Shown piece by piece: positions 1 to 12,205 of a stretch of 64,000 nucleotides of DNA. Under the pieces are notes generated by a model. The model searched no databases. It worked only from the letters and a program-made list of their open reading frames with translations, and was not told the DNA's origin. Within the stretch, counting starts at the first letter, position 1; each line of letters starts with the position of its first letter. Both the position numbers and the translations under genes were made by a program. Source of the stretch: Paraspadella gotoi (Eukaryota > Animalia > Chaetognatha); NCBI GenBank assembly GCA_051294375.1, contig CM119268.1:10751538-10815537 (forward strand). The letters run 5' to 3'.

Positions 1-2825
1 TGGAGAAAAAGAGAGAGAGAGAGATAGAGATGGAGAGAGTAGAAGGAGAGAGAGAGAGAGGAGAGAGGAAAGAAGAGCGGAGATCAAATTCAGTCTTTTC
101 GCGTTTTTTTTTTTCGTTCTTCTTTTACCTCCCCAGCATACTCCTCCTCCTCCTCCTCCTCCTTTCTCATCCTCTCCATCTCTTCATCCACTTCTACATT
201 TCAGCCTGTCCTCCTCCTCCTCATCCTCCTCTTCCTCCTCCTCTTCATTGCTCTCGCCAGCTGTTTATATGCAAGGGTCCCGTATACGTCGTCGTCGTCG
301 TCGTCTATGCCATCGTTGTCGTCGTCGTCGTCGTCTTCGTTGTCGACGCGCCAACGGCCCGTGTCTCCATTGCCACCTTTTTAACATCCATTACCCTTCT
401 TTTTCCCTCCAACACCCCCCTCCATTGCCATCGAGGATGCCATCAGTGATTTTACCATCATCGATTCCATCAGACTCTTTTTTAAAAGATGGAAACGAGG
501 CATGAAACCAATCTTCCATCAGCCTCTTCAGTCTTCACCGATGCCCTTATAAATATGATATTCACCATTGGCTAATGGCTAATGGTTATCCTGTTTTGGC
601 TGGTTTCGTATCACAAAAGTCACAATTATAATTCCTTAACATGCGGATGTTGCCTCAAAGTTCGAACTAATTCTTCTTTTCACAAACTTTTTTCGTGTTT
701 TTGTCATGATCTTTCTCATCTCTACGGATGATAGTGGCACTAAAATATAAGAGTCTGCCTATGAAATTATATATTGAATAATGATAGCGCCTACTCTATA
801 ATGAATGAAAAACTGAAACATTGACCTTATGATGAAATAAAATATTCATTCACTGAGAGAAAAGTCATTAATGAAATGGCGCAGAAACCTGTGAGATTAT
901 AGTCACCTTCGAAAATCCATAGATAAAATGAACTCGTCGACGAAGGATGTCACAAAAGACTCGCTCATCTTCACTTTTTCAACTCCCCTCACTCGACAAC
1001 TCTTTAAGCATCCCCTGAACCCGATATCCGCATCATTACCCGCGACTCACCCGAAGCAGCCCAACCAAGATACTGCATTTCCTCATCTTTTTCTTATCGA
1101 ACCCACGAATGTTTTGCCTTTGGTCTTCGTCTCTCGTGCGATACATACCTTTTCCCTCCAGCAACAGCGAGACCTTTTCTCCTTTTTAAAGTAGACCAGC
1201 CTTTCACTCTGATCCCCGCACCCCAACCTCCGCTCAGTTTCCCCTCTCTTCTTTTTACCCCTCGCCCCTCGAAATCTCCGCTTAGTTACAATTTTTTTTT
1301 CCCAGAGTTTGAAATTAACCAATCTGCCCAAAAAAAATCGTGAAATATTTTTTTTAATTTAAAATAGTTTCGCCTTCCTGAGAGCCCCTTATGCGCTTGC
1401 GCGCTTCTGTACTGTGCGGATTGTAATTAAATGAAAAAAAAACAAAAAAAAAACCGACGCTAAAATGTGACGCGTTAATCATGGCGACCATCCTTTTATG
1501 AGTTTCTTGATTTTCAAAATTCAAATTGTTTTCTTTAATTTTCCCTCGTCTTGTTTCTTTAAAATTAAATTTCAAAATCTATACAATACCTATGCGAACT
1601 CGTTCAAGCAAATCTTGTTTCCCTGCTCTCAAACTCACTCCTCTCTTCTTCTCTCATCTCTCAGTCTCCTCTCATTCTCTTTCTCGTCTCCTGCTCGCTC
1701 GTCTCGTTCTCTCTCCTCTCTGACTCTCTCGTCTGCTCATCTCTCTTCCTCTCTATCTCTCACTCTCAGTCTCCTCGACTTGTTGGGGGTAATTCTTATT
1801 TCCTTGTTTTCTTCTTCGCGAGGTGCGTTTCGAGTGTTGATGTCTCTACATTCCCGCAGATGCGCTTCCTAATATGCCTAAACGCCCGGAAAAGTTGTTG
1901 TTGTTATTTGGCGGCGCCCATATATCCTTATCGTGATTCCGGTGTGGTTGTCGTCGTCGTCGTCGTTGTTGTTGCTCTTGTAGGTAGTCGTCGTCCGTCG
2001 TCGTCGTCGCTCGTCCGTCGGTTGCGTCGTGCTTTGCATCTTGCTCTCGTTTTTTTTTCTCAAAGTTGGTTGTGGTTCATCGTTATCCGGCTTATGTTGC
2101 GCATAACCTCCTGCTCCCGTCAATTATGTTCGTCGCGCGCATTAAACCGCCTTCCGGTGGGTCCCGTCGCGGCGAAGAGTAAACCATCCTTTTCGTGAAA
2201 GTGAGATCATCATCTGTCCATCGTTCAATCGAGTCGTCATTATATGCATGGCAATCATTCCAGTCCTCCATCATTATCATCGTCGTCAATCGCATCATGC
2301 GCATCGGTCATCATCCGTCATCAATCATTCAGCGTCGATCATCATGCATCAGTCAAAATCCATCCGATTATCATCCTCATCATTATATCCATCGATCATC
2401 ATCATACATCATCGATCCGTCCGTCATCGATCCTCAGTGGCGCTCTTCATGCATCATGCATCATTATCATCCTGCATCATTTTAATCATCGTCATCATGC
2501 ATCATCATGCATGCGCTNNNNNNNNNNNNNNNNNNNNNNNNNCATCATTATCATCGTCATCATCATCATCATCATCGTCGTCGTCATCATCCTCTTCATC
2601 CTCTTCCAGAACCACAACAACAGTCAGTATAACGGTAAAAAGAAAAAAGCTACAAACCACTTCGGCATCCATCTTGCACGGATTCTCCGACAATGCCATC
2701 TTTTCCATTGTCGTCGTCGTCGTCGTCGTTGTCGTCGTCGTCTTCACTCTTTTCTTACTGTTGGTTATGAGTTATGAAGTTATGAGTTGAGGAAAGGCAG
2801 AAGGAAATGGCCGACGAACACCCAC

Positions 2826-3362
2826 TTATTCCGATTTTTGATTAAAGATTAACTGAAGAAGGAATTCTGGGAAATGGTTTGTTGCTAACACCTGGCGAAT
2901 GATGAGAGTTGCGGGAGAACGCCGGGATAACGCGGGGAGAACGCCGAGAGAACNNNNNNNNNNNNNNNNNNNNNNNNNNNNNNNNNNNNNNNNNNNNNNN
3001 NNNNNNNNNNNNNNNNNNNNNNNNNNNNNNNNNNNNNNNNNNNNNNNNNNNNNNNNNNNNNNNNNNNNNNNNNNNNNNNNNNNNNNNNNNNNNNNNNNNN
3101 NNNNNNNNNNNNNNNNNNNNNNNNNNNNNNNNNNNNNNNNNNNNNNNNNNNNNNNNNNNNNNNNNNNNNNNNNNNNNNNNNNNNNNNNNNNNNNNNNNNN
3201 NNNNNNNNNNNGGGGATTGGTGGCGATAATCATAAGAATTCGTTCTAAAGTCTTCTCCATAATTGAAACGCACGGAAGCATAAACAGTTTCACCATCAAG
3301 GATCCCATAGTGGAAACAACCAGAGTCATAACACCATCATCAACATAACCCAGTCCCATCCC
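2826..3362 (-). CDS. Probable kinase C-lobe fragments (subdomains IX-XI) interrupted by a gap
   Basis: Fragments W..SGCFHYGIL (like DxWSxGCxxYEL), MEKTLERILMI and LIIRQVLATN (like LIxxMLxxxP) lie in the expected order and strand downstream of the N-lobe, ending at a TAA at 2826-2828; several frameshifts needed. Confidence 0.4.
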   Translation of the reverse strand, partial: GMGLGYVDDGVMTLVVSTMGSLMVKLFMLPCVSIMEKTLERILMIIATNPXXXXXXXXXXXXXXXXXXXXXXXXXXXXXXXXXXXXXXXXXXXXXXXXXXXXXXXXXXXXXXXXXXXXXXXXXXXXXXXXXXXXXXXSLGVLPALSRRSPATLIIRQVLATNHFPEFLLQLIFNQKSE

Positions 3363-3969
3363 NNNNNNNNNNNNNNNNNNNNNNNNNNNNNNNNNNNNNN
3401 NNNNNNNNNNNNNNNNNNNNNNNNNNNNNNNNNNNNNNNNNNNNNNNNNNNNNNNNNNNNNNAGAGAGAGAGAGAGAGAGTGCCAAGAAGGAGAGCGATA
3501 GAGAAGCAGAGAGATCGTTAGGGAAAAATAACGCCAGCCAACGATGGCGGCGGCGGCGGCTACTGCGGCGGCTGCGTCTACCTAGCTCAGGTGTCCCGCT
3601 GGCAGGTGCATCCAAGCGCGCGTGCAGATGCACACAAAGTTGGGGCGTGCAAACGGAAGAATGAAACACACCTGGTGTACGTGCGGGTCTCGAAGGGTTA
3701 AAAAAGCAAAGCAACGAACTTGCAACCTGTAGCGAGTATTATGCAAACGGAAAGAAAGTAGAGCGAAAGTTGGAAATTGGATATTTGGCCCAAATCTCAA
3801 AGTCTGTGTAAACAGATGAAAGAGGACGTGCGCATGTACATGCAAACGTGCAAAACGTGTGCGTACGTAAGATCATTTCCAACGTCGGCGTCCCACGGCG
3901 CATAAACGACCGCGTTGGGGGAAAACGAGAGAGAGAGAGAGAGANNNNNNNNNNNNNNNNNNNNNNNNN

Positions 3970-4385
3970 GTCTCTCGAGGTACTTCTTCTTGTGTGTCTG
4001 ATAGGAATCCTCCAAGGATCTCCAGACGTTCCACTCTGCGCCGTGGGCGTTGCGCATCCTCCGGCGATTTTCGGCGGGTGTATTGCGGAACGTGGCTCCC
4101 CGTTCGCGGTTTGCCGCGTTGGCGAACTCCATGACGATGCAGAGAGCGGTTGGCAGCGTCCATAAGGATTCAAAGTAGGTGGAGATCCAGCCGTGCTATC
4201 AAGTTTATGCGTCAGGAAATTCCACCTCGGTTGAGGGCGTTGTCCGTCGCGTGTCCGTCACCACTTTGAGGGCGAAGTTCCTTGGAGTCTCTTCGTCGCC
4301 TCTGAAGACTGCGCCCGAAGGTGCCCTCACCAAGTTTCCTCTCGTTTTCTGTAAGTGCGCAGTATTTTGGCATTTTGCGCGCCTT
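3970..4385 (-). CDS. Ser/Thr protein kinase domain, subdomains I-VIb, NimA/NEK-like; frameshifted and truncated by a gap
   Basis: Across frames: RKLGEGTFG/AVFRG (Gly loop), NFALKVV (catalytic Lys), EVEF (alphaC Glu), HGWISTYFESLWTLPTALCIVMEFANA (IV-V hinge), EWNVWR, then THKKKYLERD at the HRD position. Acceptor ttcgctcccag|. Confidence 0.8.
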
Positions 4386-4872
4386 CTGGGAGCGAAGTTG
4401 GGTAATGGGGGCTGATTGGTTTTTTTAATTTGGTTAAAAATCGAGGTTAAACATAGATTGCCCTTTGAAGTTGAAAACCACAGGTTTTTTTTTTTTTTTT
4501 TGTTCTTTGTTTTGGACCGCGATTAATAAATAGTTTTTTCGTATTTGTTATGTTTTTAAATAAAGAGGCATGAATAAAGGGTATCTTTCAATAGGCTTGC
4601 ACGCTTCTGCTTGACGGATAAATCACATCTAAAAGTAAAAGACTTGGAAGTTTTTCAGCATTTCCGGCTTTGTTTTTTATTTTTTCTTAAAAAAATTGTT
4701 TTGCATACGCCGGTTTTTTATAAAATCAAGGACGATTTGCTTCCCAGTTTCGATTTGAAAAAAACAATTATTCGCTCTCGATCTTTTAACTCACGACGAA
4801 TAATAACAACAGAGATCTAGGGCCCTCTTTGATCGAGAGCAGGTTTATCTTAATGAAGAGGAGAGAGGAGAG

Positions 4873-4909
<37 letters not shown>

Positions 4910-4927
4910 CCTTTGTTGGAGGAAACC

Positions 4928-4968
<41 letters not shown>

Positions 4969-5479
4969 ATGGATAGAACCGAAGAGTGTTTTTAAATAAA
5001 TTGCGAGATTCCTGACTCAGTACATAACATTAATTTCCACATCTATTACAAGAGATTACGGAGACACGAGAGACAGAGTTCCGACGAAAATCAAAAGTTA
5101 TCTTTGTCGTTGAGGTCCTAATCTTCTTGCTTAATACTTTTTATTCTTTTTTTTAAGATGTGATTTTTCTATTATTTTTATTATTATTAGGATAAACCGA
5201 GATAAACTTTTCTAGCCATGAGTTTTCTTAAATATCTTATTTTTTTAGACTCCTAGAAAATGTTTTATTAAATACAAGACCTTCTTTTAACTCAAACTCG
5301 AATTTAAGACATGTGCAGATATATACCCGTTGAACCTTTCTCGAACCTAGTTTCCTTGCAAAAATAAATATCACCCGAGAGCAGTTTTCCTTTTCGAGCT
5401 CATCCTTTTTCCTTAGACTTTCCCTTAAACTTTCCTTTTTTCTCCGAACCCCTCTTTAATCTTTCTACGGGTTCCCTTA

Positions 5480-5525
<46 letters not shown>

Positions 5526-6210
5526 GAGAAAATTCCTCCGAATGTTTGCTTCTTTTTCCTGCTGGAAAAGCAGAGTCTGAGGAAGAAAAAATTTAGGAAG
5601 AGGATTCCGGGCAATGAATAGACTTGATTTGCATATCGCCTATTTCGGCAAAGGAGCATTTCTCGGCTGCAGTGAATTTAGGAAAATGCGGTGAATTTCA
5701 GAGCGGCTCACGTTCTCTGTTATTTATTATACGTTGGAATGCTAATATACTCGCACTGTCCGATAATTAACTTGCTTTTCCGTTCATTAAGTTTGCGCCG
5801 CGAACACTTGAAAAGCAACGAGATAAATACGAAAGTTAAAATAAATGAAAGTAAGTTAAGAAATATTGAGCCATACAGATTAATACTTGGCAAGGATCAA
5901 ACGGATGGGCGGTTGGGCGTCGCTATCCGGAAACTTTGCCTAACGACGGCTATAAGATGAGCTTCTCAATAGTAATAAATATAAATATTAATTAATAATA
6001 CAGTGAAATACAGCAAAGGAACGCAATTGGGATATAAAAAGTCAAAGATTACGGGATAAAGATTTCGATGGTCAATCCGACATCGTTTTGGATTTAGAGA
6101 TTAAATTTCATGGTTTCGGTAACTGTAGAAGTTCCGAGGTAATTATTAGTATAATTAGGGGTTTATAATGGAATATTACTAATAAATAGACTTAATTGTT
6201 AAGAAATTAC

Positions 6211-6407
6211 CTGGCCAAGGAGGGCGGCGGAACTTTGTTTTTGTGTGTGAATGAGATATGGCGGGGCGCCTGCGAATCCGGCCTTCGTTGGTGGAAGAAT
6301 GGTTTAAGCCGAGTACGGGGCGTGACCTGCCGAATCCGAAGTGAAGTTTCGAGATCAAATGGGTTGGGAGGGTGTCTCGCGCGTTGAGGCCTGCTGGAAG
6401 GAGGGGG
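6211..6407 (-). CDS. Locus A exon 9
   Basis: Acceptor acacgttcttgcag| and donor CAG|GTAATT; two frames open across 197 nt. Confidence 0.6.
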
Positions 6408-6917
6408 CTGCAAGAACGTGTAGAATAGAATGAAACGAGAGCGAGAGGAGGACACAAGTCCATGAATTAAACCATAATTTGGAATTGTAAATCAAACATT
6501 GTATCTCTATTTATTTAAATTAAACAGGTCAGGCCGATGCTTAAAAAAGGAACCTTAAAAAAACGACCTTGAACGTCGCCTTTAAATGAATTAATTATAT
6601 ACTCATTTTAATTAATTTTGGTTACCGCCGACATGTTTTATATTACATCTTCATGACAAAGATGGTCAAAATTTTGGCCCAACCTCTGGTATTAAACATA
6701 AAGTTTTTGTTGTAGCAAAGATACGTCGGGAAAAAACTGCTTTGATTACCTACTTTCGTTTTCTTATATTTTTTTTTGTTTTGGCCTGTTAATGTATTTG
6801 TGCATGCAAATCTGTATCATTACTTGATTATGAAAACACCTCATATAATTGATTCAATGGAATAAAATGTTTATTGTGCACAAACCTCGATTGTAAGAAA
6901 CAACAATTGAACCTCAC

Positions 6918-7941
6918 CACGTCCTCTCGACCTAAAGAACCTCAGCGTCTCCCAACCAACCTCTGTGTCGTTGGTAACGTCAAAACGGGGATTTTCGAAT
7001 TCTTCTCTCCGCGCTTTCAGAGCCGCCAGGCTGCTTGAGTAGCGGTGGACGACTTTCGACGTGATGCGACGGGCGTGCCGATCACGGAGCGTCGGGATTT
7101 TGCGGAAGGGCGGCGCGGGGAGAGCGGCCGGCGGCTGCAAGGTGCGTCTCACACGGATCGACCTCGCAAGAGGACGTTCCCATCTCGATGGTCTTCGTAA
7201 ACGAAAGAGGCGACGACAGGGGTTGCGGGAACAATCCGACTGGGTCGTGCCGATCGCGGGCGTGGTCGAGGGTCGAAGACTCCGCGGTCTCGAAGAAAAA
7301 GGGAGACGGGGGAATCCGAGGCTGCGATCCGACGAGGACGGCGGGAGATGCGAGATACCCGAAATGGCGCGAACGGAGTGCGGGAAGGGCGCTGGCGAAG
7401 AAATGCGATTGGAGGCAACGGAGGCGGGCGATGACGCCGGAGAGTGGGACGGCCACCGCTTGCTCTGGTCGAAGCTCCTCGATGAGACGGAGACGATCGC
7501 GCCGGGGGGGAGAGGGAGTCGTGAGCGGGCGTTCGGATCGGCGGACGGACTCGAGCGGCGGATGAACACGGGCAACGAGCCGATGATTCGCCCGTTGGGT
7601 CCTCGAGGCAGAAAGATTCTCTTCGTCATCCTCCAAAGGCGGCGTTATGTGGACGAGCCTCTTTCTTTTCCTCCCTTTTCCTTCTATAACCTATCGCCCA
7701 GACAATGGTTCCGAGCGGTGCCTCGGCGTCGGGGCTTCGTTTGCCGGGCGACGAAGCGTCCCGGTCCGAGTGAAAGTTGTTGGGCCGACGGAGCGGCGCC
7801 CTTTTTGTATGAACTCGAGGTGTTGATGGGTGGGCGTGGCCCGGAGTACGGAGGAGATGGCGCCGTTTTTAGTTTGAGAGACGGAGATGGGATGGCGATG
7901 AAGAGGCCCTGGGGAGGAGGTGAGGTGGAGAGGAGGAGTTA
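6918..7941 (-). CDS. Locus A exon 8, long P/S/R-rich disordered region, frameshifted
   Basis: Acceptor cattgatcag| and donor GTG|GTGAGG; ~1 kb GC-rich block with long minus-strand ORFs (6871-7629, 7082-7636). Confidence 0.55.
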
Positions 7942-8515
7942 CTGATCAATGCACGCGCAAGAAAGAGGCGGATAAGAGAGTAATTTCCTTTAATCTCATT
8001 TTGCATGTTGCCGTTTTTTTAAATGATAGAATTTTATACTTTTTATACCGTTGCTTTTGAAGTTATATAGCTTATTAATCTTTTTAATCTATTATTGATA
8101 GTTATTAATATGGGACATGTAATGGTAGGAAGAGATATTGCAGAAAACATTCAAAAGTTTGTTTGAAAAAAGCGAGAAAAACTATTCGATATACTCTTAA
8201 AACCGATTTCTTAAATTAAGAAATTCCACATACTGGAGTAAGGATACTTAAATTACGCAAGATGGAAATAAAAATTAAAGGTTTATTTTCCCCATTTTTT
8301 TTTTCATGCTTGTGAACTTCGCTCTTCGTGATATGGTTATTTTAGTATGATATAGTTGAGGTGGTTGGGTAATTTTGTTTTGTTTTGATATATTTCCTTA
8401 CCATGATTCTAATTTAATTATGTAAGGTTTTGTGTATTCGTTATTAATCGCTAATCACTATCAGTATCTTGTGAGCTTTTACTTTTTTCTTTTTACACAT
8501 TATTCTAAAACTCAC

Positions 8516-9384
8516 CTTTCCCTTAGTGTCCCTGCACACTCTTAATATTCGAGTCCTCCGCCGTGCTCCCATCTCAGGCCGCCTTTTTCAAGTTGTTCGA
8601 CTTCAATGATGTCCGGCGGAATATCGTTGTGGGGTAAGCCCGCCCCACTTTTTTTGGGGACGTAGGTTATTCTGACACGCTGTTGTTGTTGAAGATCGTA
8701 TTCCGGTGGCGAATTGACGTTTGAACAGTCGATTTCTGTCTTTGGTCCTGACCGCGTTGGCGAATTGGACAGAAGCGGTGGGGGATGTCATTGGCCACTT
8801 AACTGGATCCGGAGGGGTCGCGTCGAGAGGCGGCTTGTCAAACTTGGCGGCCAGCGCCAGTTCATCACTCTTCGAGGAGATATTCGATCTAAAGGCCGCA
8901 GCCCGGCCGGCCGCAGCCGAGCCTCGCGGTTGTCATCTTGACAGCACCCTTTCCGGCTTTCCACCGGACTGAATTGGAGGAGGCCGCGGCGAGGGCGCCG
9001 TTCTTTCGCGAACGCCGGAGATTCCGGTGGCCCCAACGGCGAATGAGGCAGGTCGAGTCCGTCGCGCGGCGGCTACGAGTTGGCGTCGGTGGACGACGAT
9101 AAGCGAGACGCTGTGTCGCGGGATTGCGGCTTCGACGGCGGCGCGCCGTGACGCCGTGCAGCTTGCGCAGCTACGGCGTTTGCCGTTGCTGTCCGGCTGA
9201 GCGGCGGCGGCTTTTCCTGCAGCGTCGGCGGCGGTGGAATCCTGCCTGCGTCCTTGGCTTCGCCTGACGTTGCTTTTCTAATTATTCCTTGACGGTCGTG
9301 AGAAATTTCGTCTTTGAATATATCGTTGACTAGATCTCGGGGCGGCGTATGTCGTAATTTGAATAAGGATTTGCGGGCTTGAGC
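8516..9384 (-). CDS. Locus A exon 7, A/P/S-rich low-complexity (AQARKSLFKLRHTPPRDLVNDIFKDEISH...), frameshifted
   Basis: Acceptor cacttccacag| and donor AAG|GTGAGT; GC-rich block with overlapping minus-strand ORF pieces. Confidence 0.6.
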
Positions 9385-9493
9385 CTGTGGAAGTGTCGGA
9401 GGATGGAATTAGTTTATTGGGCCACATATATCTACTAAACTTAATTTAACATTAACTTTCCCAGCCCATTCGGTCAGGAAATGCGAACTTTAC

Positions 9494-9672
9494 CTGCGCT
9501 GCCGTTTGAAACTTCTGTTCTTCTCCCGAGAAGTAGAACCTGGATCCATTCCGAAACATTTGCCCCTATTTGTCGATTGCCCGTCCCTTCGACGGACGCC
9601 ATGAGGACGAAAGAAGGCGTGATGTTCCAAACAGGCGCATTTCGCAAAGGTGCTTTGGTCGCGCGTTCGTCG
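9494..9672 (-). CDS. Locus A exon 6 (DERATKAPLRNAPVWNITPSFVLMASVEG.../...NGSRFYFSGEEQKFQTAAQ), possible dsRBM-like segment
   Basis: Acceptor tttcccattcctaag| and donor CAG|GTAAAG; phase-2 entry matches exon 5; one frameshift is needed to join the long frame of exon 7. Confidence 0.6.
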
Positions 9673-10510
9673 CTTAGGAATGGGAAAGAGGAAGTAGTAA
9701 ATAAATTACAGCGAACATTGGTTGTACAATTTTATACTGTCAGACTCCGTGCATTTTGATGATAATTTGAAATAAAAGGACGCATTTCCCCAATCTATAA
9801 GTATAAACTATAAGAGAATCGTTTGTCTATAGAAATTCAAACGTTCTTTAGAATATTAACAGAAGGCTTCTTATTATAGCCAATAGACTACTGCTGTGTG
9901 GCTTACGACCACACTGCTTAAATAACGGTCCAAATTTGTTAAAATTTGGCACACGACGATACCTCTGAGGTAAACACAAATAATTTACTCCTCAACAATT
10001 GTCAAAAAAACATTTTTTAAATTGATTGGTTAGACATGTCACGCGACATGATGCTAGTTACCAAAATTGTAATTAATAAAAACTATAATTTTTTAGTCCT
10101 TTTTTTAACCCCCAGGGGTCCTGCGGGGCCCTCTTACTCTTATACTCGCGGTAAAATTCGGCCTCGATATTTTTATATACATTTTAGTCATTAGAACTAT
10201 AATGTAAAGTTTCATAAAATTCTATCAGTGTAGTAAGGTAGGAACCGAATCTGGTCATGCGGGCGGAGTAACAATATAGTATTCCCCGAATCAATACTTT
10301 TCACATGACAAGTTAGAAACATTCTTCTGAAGATAAATATATGCCACTTCTTTGATAGGAAGGCCAGGTACTTCTAGGGATGAATAAAAAGGACTGAGAG
10401 AGTCCTGATTGAAAGCTTGCAGGGACCTGCTATGTCAGTATTTTGTAAGAGTGATGGAGGTCGCTTATTAAACCACCCAAAGCCTGTCCAAAAGTCCAGG
10501 GGCAAGATAG

Positions 10511-10793
10511 TGTGGCAGGCAAGACTTAAAGCTGCCTCAAACTGCTGTCGTCCGTCCAGCCAAGGTCTCAATGGCTGAGCAGAGCCTTAAATCATCTCAT
10601 TCCGTCCGTGCGTCCCGGGTTCAATCCTGGTATCCCCGGTTCTGGCTTAAATGTTGACGGTGCCGGTATAAAAACATGCCAGTGACAGGAGGCGGTCAAC
10701 TGAGGGTCCTGCAGACCCCTACCGCCAGTTTGGTGAGAATATCCCCAAATCCGCCCCGGTATCACAGGCTATCCTCAGGGCCGTTGCGCAATA
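10511..10793 (+). mobile_element. tRNA-derived SINE-like element, copy 1 (in a locus A intron)
   Basis: A-box-like TGGCTGAGCAG (10572) and B-box GGGTTCAATCC (10617), followed by a ~170-nt structured body; aligns to copy 2. Confidence 0.6.
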
Positions 10794-11030
10794 CCGAGTG
10801 GTGAGGCCGCTACTGCTCCAACACGCAACGCGCTGCGCACCGTGCGCCCACGCTTAACGTCGGTTAGGTATGCATATCCACGGCTATGCCCTACTTCTTC
10901 TGGTACGCTCCAGACCCTGCTCGCGTCCGCAGACCCGCTCGCTCTCACTATGGCAATGAGATCAAAACCTTCTCTCAGACATCTCCTCAGGATTGAGGCG
11001 CCTGTGGAGAAGTGCCTGGTGGGGGGATCC

Positions 11031-11305
11031 TGTGGCAGCAAGACTTAAAGCTGCCTCACTGCTGTCCGTCCTCAGCCTCGTCTCAAAATGGGCTGAGCAG
11101 CTAAATCATCTCATTCCACTCCGTCGCGTACCCCCGGGTTCATCCCTGGGTAATCCCGGTTCTGGCTTAAAATGTGACGGTGGCGGTATAACATGCAGTG
11201 ACAGGAGGTGGTACTGAGGGTCCGCAGGCCCCTAACCGCAGTTGGTGAGAATACCCCGCGCCCGGGTATCACAGGCTTATCCTCACCGTTGCCATAAATA
11301 ATAAA
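11031..11305 (+). mobile_element. tRNA-derived SINE-like element, copy 2, with A-rich tail
   Basis: Collinear with 10511-10793; GGCTGAGCAG and GGGTTCATCC boxes; ends in ATAAATAATAAA. Confidence 0.6.
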
Positions 11306-11613
11306 GCTTTATTTTTTTATTAAATGAATGGATAATTTTATATTGGTTATATACTAATTTCATAAAGCTTTTCAATGACGGGGACCAAGCCTGTACTTGG
11401 ATCGGGGAAATTAAACCGTAAACTGTCCAAACTCAGGAAGCAAGATTACTTTTCAACAATTACATGATGATATACTTTTTTTCTTAAAAGGAAGTATTTT
11501 AATCATTGAACGAATAGAAAAGTAATTTATATTTAGTTGTCCTTCATTTTCATTGCGTTTTTCGCCCCCACCATCACCCCAACGCCTCTAAAACCTTCTC
11601 GAGGCGCCCTTAC

Positions 11614-12021
11614 CTGTGATTCGCTAAAGACGAAGGTGTGTTTCCTGTTGGCCTTCCGTTCTCGTCATCTTCGACGAGACGAGAACCAGCTTTTTTCTTC
11701 TTAAAGATCCCAGTTTGCGTGATTTTTTCGGGTCCAAAAGAAGAGGCAGCAATGCTTGGTGAGGCCCTTCGAAAACCGAGGACTTCCGGTCGTTGGGTGA
11801 GACCGAGGTGTTAGCTTGCCCGTTCCCGGAGCCGAAGAACTCGGTGAGTGTCGACGCCGTACTGGCTCGAGCCCTTGGCTTTATGAGGAAGGAGAGCTCG
11901 GCTTGAGCCGGCTCCGTTTTGGGGAGAGTCTTGTAAGTGTCGGAAGAATGTCAATTCGCATCGTCTTCCGTCTGCTCCGGGGGACGAAGCGATACTCGGA
12001 GGACGACGGCCCGTCGTCAAC
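11614..12021 (-). CDS. Locus A exon 5, S/R/K-rich (VDDGPSSSEYRF...KKKKAGSRLVEDDENGRPTGNTPSSLANH); needs internal frameshift(s)
   Basis: Acceptor ttttttccttcggccag| and strong donor CAG|GTAAGG; GC-rich coding-like block between AT-rich introns; entry frame stops at 11881. Confidence 0.6.
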
Positions 12022-12102
12022 CTGGCCGAAGGAAAAAAGGGGGCGTTGATTACTCTCAAGAAATTTTGAATGGGATTGGGAAGGAGTATAGACTCTACTG
12101 AC

Positions 12103-12205
12103 CAAAGCAAACCAAAATTTAATAGGCCGAAGCTTCGACGCAAGCTCGCGTTTTCCTCCCCTCCCTTTCAACGCGATGAAATCAACAAAATTCAAAACCG
12201 TCCCA
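12103..12205 (-). CDS. Locus A exon 4 (SGTVLNFVDFIALKGRGGKRELASKLRPIKFWFAL)
   Basis: Acceptor ttttgaccccaacag| and donor TTG|GTCAGT; phase-2 entry matches exon 3. Confidence 0.6.

Noticed and set aside
1-2790. Poly-V/R/S/H ORFs
   Set aside because: Translations of (GA)n, (TCC)n, (TCG)n and (CAT)n tracts; no convincing splice sites or domains.
3775-3805. GAT TTG GGC (DLG) as possible kinase subdomain VII
   Set aside because: The surrounding frame is not kinase-like and the island may be misplaced; too short to support.
7061-7945. 294-aa plus-strand ORF
   Set aside because: Antisense shadow of a GC-rich exon; splice signals and neighbouring exons are all on the minus strand.
9930-10250. Possible Helentron/MITE-type relic (AAATTTGGCACAC...AAAGTTTCAT)
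   Set aside because: No termini or second copy in the window; motif resemblance only.
10560-10632. tRNA gene
   Set aside because: A/B boxes are present but there is no full cloverleaf or poly-T terminator; it continues into a SINE-like body.
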